A DNA stretch of 53,108 bases from Octopus bimaculoides (Eukaryota), in contig NC_069005.1 of the NCBI RefSeq assembly GCF_001194135.2, positions 24,124,429 to 24,177,536 of the forward strand, written 5' to 3'. The notes beneath the pieces were generated by a model, which worked only from the letters and a program-made list of their open reading frames with translations, searched no databases and had not been told where the DNA came from. The translations under genes and the position numbers were made by a program. Positions 49,666 through 53,108 of the stretch are shown one piece after another. How positions within the stretch are numbered: position 1 is the stretch's first letter; each line of letters starts with the position of its first letter.

Positions 49666-49897
49666 AAACTGGGCAATGCATTAAACCTACCACTCAAACA
49701 ACCATGCTTCATCACAGATTTTTGACTATCAAATTCTACTCATAAGACTTTGGCAAACTGAAGATTTAAAGCAGAAGTCATTTACCCAAGCTCCCTCTAA
49801 GTGGGATTAGATACAAAACCACAATTACGAAATACATTTCTCAGTCACACTGCTGTGTTGCACCAATGAGATATCATGGAAGTCAAAATTATCTTAC

Positions 49898-50059
49898 CGA
49901 CACACTGTTTGCCATTCTCAAGCGGGCTTTAGTTAAACTACCAACAGCAGTTACAATGAAGGCACTTTTTAACTGCTTTTCGTGGACAAATTTTTTTAAA
50001 GAAGACACCAGTTCCTGGCCAGGTTTAATCCGTAGAGCATAGCATTTCATGTCACACAT
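49898..50059 (-). CDS. PPC/DUF296-domain protein, coding exon 1 (MCDMKCYALRIKPGQEL...ARLRMANSVS, 54 aa)
   Basis: Acceptor tctttcAG at 50064/50063, then AAC ATG (ATG at 50059). Donor TCG|GTAAGA starts at 49897, phase 0. ALRIKPGQEL..L..FV......SAFI.TAVGSL..A.LRMA matches the N-terminal half of DUF296/PPC as I recall it. Confidence 0.9.
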
Positions 50060-51264
50060 GTTCTGAAAGATAAATAAAACCAGTGGCTCAGTGACATGAA
50101 AGAGATAAATAATTGATACAGGTTTCCACAACATTGTAAATTCAAAACATTTCAAAACATGTTTCCCAACATTATCAAGAGGATGATGTGAATTACTTCT
50201 CTTCTAGTTTAACTCTATCATATCTCTTATCTTTTACTTGCTTCATTAGTATTGCTATGTCTAAGCAAAATCTTAATGTGTGTGTGTGAGTGGGTGGTGG
50301 TGGTGGAGTGAACTCTCCTGTTATAAATGACAATTGAAGGTTCATAATCATCTTGCTGGACAATCTGCACAGATGACTTGTTCATAGTGATCAAATGCTA
50401 GTGCTGCACATTAGTGCACTCCCTTTATCAAATCAACAATTGGTGTATCACATGTTAGGTGTGAAAGTGATCGCAGAGCAATGTGAAACAATGTCTTTTG
50501 CACACACTCACAGACATAGATACACACACATAGAATAAAGATAATGGGGTTCTCAATTATTAAAACTGTGGCTACCATTAGCTGTCTACTTTTATGTTTG
50601 CATGTACCTATATGCGTATAGCTTACTCATCTATGTAGCAGGGGGGACGGTTTCATCTGATCCTGTCAAAACCATCATCCACTGACTACATTTCTGTAAT
50701 ACAAAGTTTGTATAAACACAAACACAGGAGTTGACTAACTTTCATTTATATTCACGGAGAAATTCGTGTAATGAATGTATACACACAAATACCAACATTT
50801 ACACTGTGATGGAGGCCTTTATACGAATATACATTAAAATCAGCCACCATACAGAAGGTCTGTAACTTTATTTTCATTGTCAATATTTATAGGTATTTTC
50901 AAACATTTACTATTTTCTGGTAATTGTTTGTTCTGTCCTAGTAATCTGGTAATGAACATGGGAACGTTAAACTCAGATTTACATTTTTAGGGTCTGCTTT
51001 CACATACCATTCAAATGTTTGCTTAACTTAAACTGTTTAATGTTTGGATAAATCTGGTGCTCAAGAGTTAGTAATATAATCATTCTATAGAAACAACACA
51101 ATCAACTTTGAAGAATTTGGTTTAAGAGGTTGGCCGATAATGTTAATCTTCAGGAGAACAAATGCTTAAGTTATGATAGGCATGGCTATAGCAATGTGGT
51201 TAGGAAGTTTACTTTACAACTACATCATTGGTTGTTTGGTTGGTTGGTAGATAGGTGGGTGGAT

Positions 51265-51302
51265 GGGTAGATAGATAGATAGATAGATAGATNNNNNNNN
51301 NN

Positions 51303-51343
<41 letters not shown>

Positions 51344-51500
51344 GATCAGATAGATAGGTAGGTAGGTAGATAGGCAGAGAGACAGATAGATAGAGAGATA
51401 GATAGACAAAGAGACAGACAGATAGAGAGATAGATAGACAGAGAGACAGACAGATAGAGAGATAGATAGACAGAGAGACAGATAGATAGAGAGATAGATA
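51265..51500. repeat. (GATA)n/(GACA)n compound microsatellite (representative of many simple repeats next to N gaps)
   Basis: Direct inspection. Confidence 0.95.
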
Positions 51501-51700
51501 AACAGATAACCAGACAGAAAAACCATTATTGAGTTTGAGTGTAAACTATGGACAAGACGTGCCACCTCTAACAATTTTTGTATCGTAAGAGGATTTAGTG
51601 ACTTGGCCCAAGTTGGTATTTACTGCCTACACTATCTTAAAGAAATGTTCCCTAATCTTCATGGTGGTCTATATAGGGACGATGCTTTATTTGTTATACC

Positions 51701-51729
<29 letters not shown>

Positions 51730-51732
<3 letters not shown>

Positions 51733-52780
51733 TGGTCTTAGAAAGGACACGTTAAGAAACTCAGGAAATTCTTTTGAAACTTTAACCTAGACTTAACCTT
51801 TGAATATAATACTAAAGTAGTAAATTTCTTAGAGATTACGCTTGATCTTGAATTTGGCTTACGCAACCTGTATAGAAAACCTGACAAAATTACTAAGTAC
51901 ATCAACAGATTATCCAGTCACCCAATTGAGTAATAAAATCATTGACAAAGAGTATTTCTGATAGGATTACACAACTATCTACTAATGTTGAAATATTTAA
52001 TTCATACGCCTACTATTATAACTGCTCTATCTAAGGCAGGCTACAAGCAACATATTGTGTTTGAGCCCATGGGTTATAAGAATACCTATAGCAATAAATT
52101 AGTGATGAGAAACTGAAAGATAAGGTAACAACATTAGATTCTAGGAATACTGACCAACACAATGAATTAATTAAATTGAATAGACATAATATTAATGGCT
52201 GTAGGACTAGCATAAATAGTAACCTAATCCAGAAGAAGTGATTTTTGAAGGGTAAATAAAATCCTTGGTCTAGGTAATAACCATAAGTGTTTAGATAATG
52301 TAAGCAAAATGATAGTTAATAATTGTACCATCAAAGCTGAACTGGATATGGACAATAATAGAAACACTGTAATAGTAATATTAAAAACATTGGTAATAAC
52401 ATGAATGAGTGTATATCATATAAGTGAAGAACCAACAGTAAGTCGAGTAATCATAGTCAGTATGGCAGCAATAATATACGTAAAGATGACATAATCTGGT
52501 ATAACCCACCATTCAATTATGCAATAGCTACCAAAATATAAGAAAATTTTAAGCTACTAGAGAAGAATTTCCCTCCCTTGCATAAATACAACTGTATATT
52601 ATCCTGTAGGAAAATTAGAGTCTCCTACTCTACCCTCCCTAATCTAGGCACTATAATAGTAGGCCTGAATAGGAGAAATATAGAACTTGCCTGTAATAAT
52701 AATACTGTAGCTGCTAATACATATAATAACTTCATCAACAAAGGATCACATAATTATAAAAGGTCACTAAAACCCTAGAA
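51730..52780 (+). mobile_element. Penelope-like RT C-terminal fragment, degraded
   Basis: KVVNFLEITLDL..LYRKPDK..YINRLSSHP, ALSKAGY, IIWYNPPF and KIRVSYSTLPNLGTII. Confidence 0.85.
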
Positions 52781-52964
52781 ATAATAACTCTTTGAACACT
52801 TGTGATTTTAACCATATAAATGTGGCTGGACCTAATACTAGTAGTAGTAGTGACAGATAACTTAGAACTATAAGTAATGGTAGAATGGAATCTGCACACT
52901 TTACAACAGTGCTTCGTAGAAAGGTGTGTAGCATGTAATCGTTGCATTGACCATGACAGAGACA

Positions 52965-53108
52965 GTTGTCATGGTGATACCTGCTCAGAGGCCTACGCAA
53001 AGTTGCAGAAAGTGTATGGAGAGAGGAGTATAGGAGCCGCACACAAGTGTACGAGTGTTTCAGACGATTTCCAAGATGGTTGGAAAAAAATGTCGATATT
53101 GACGAACG
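52965..53108 (+). mobile_element. Mariner transposase N-terminal fragment running off the window
   Basis: SEAYAKLQKVYGERS-SRTQVYECFRRF-DG-NVDIDER helix-turn-helix region, with frameshifts. Confidence 0.75.

Overview
Eukaryotic, AT-rich, microsatellite- and gap-rich animal DNA. The repeat landscape (two dense tRNA-derived SINE families, RTE and CR1-type LINEs, Penelope-like elements, (AT)n/(AC)n/(CAT)n arrays) suggests an octopus or other coleoid cephalopod; this is an inference from recalled repeat families, not a search result. One protein-coding gene is well supported: a two-coding-exon, minus-strand PPC/DUF296-domain gene (50059-49898 joined to 43200-42955, 135 aa, clean GT-AG phase-0 intron). 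Candidate exons of a second minus-strand gene lie at 7094-7046 and 4014-3938, with a CpG-retaining promoter-like zone near 19.6-22.9 kb. Most of the rest is decayed, often nested transposons: mariner DD34D, maT DD37D and DD41D elements, a Chapaev3-like element, a hAT MITE, Gypsy integrase and solo LTRs, several with exact target-site duplications. The most interesting signal is four type-I hammerhead-ribozyme-like motifs. Three of them are tied to inverted duplications or a Penelope inversion junction, and two lie on the sense strand of the PPC gene intron. Most ORFs in the supplied track are microsatellite, N-gap or SINE artefacts.
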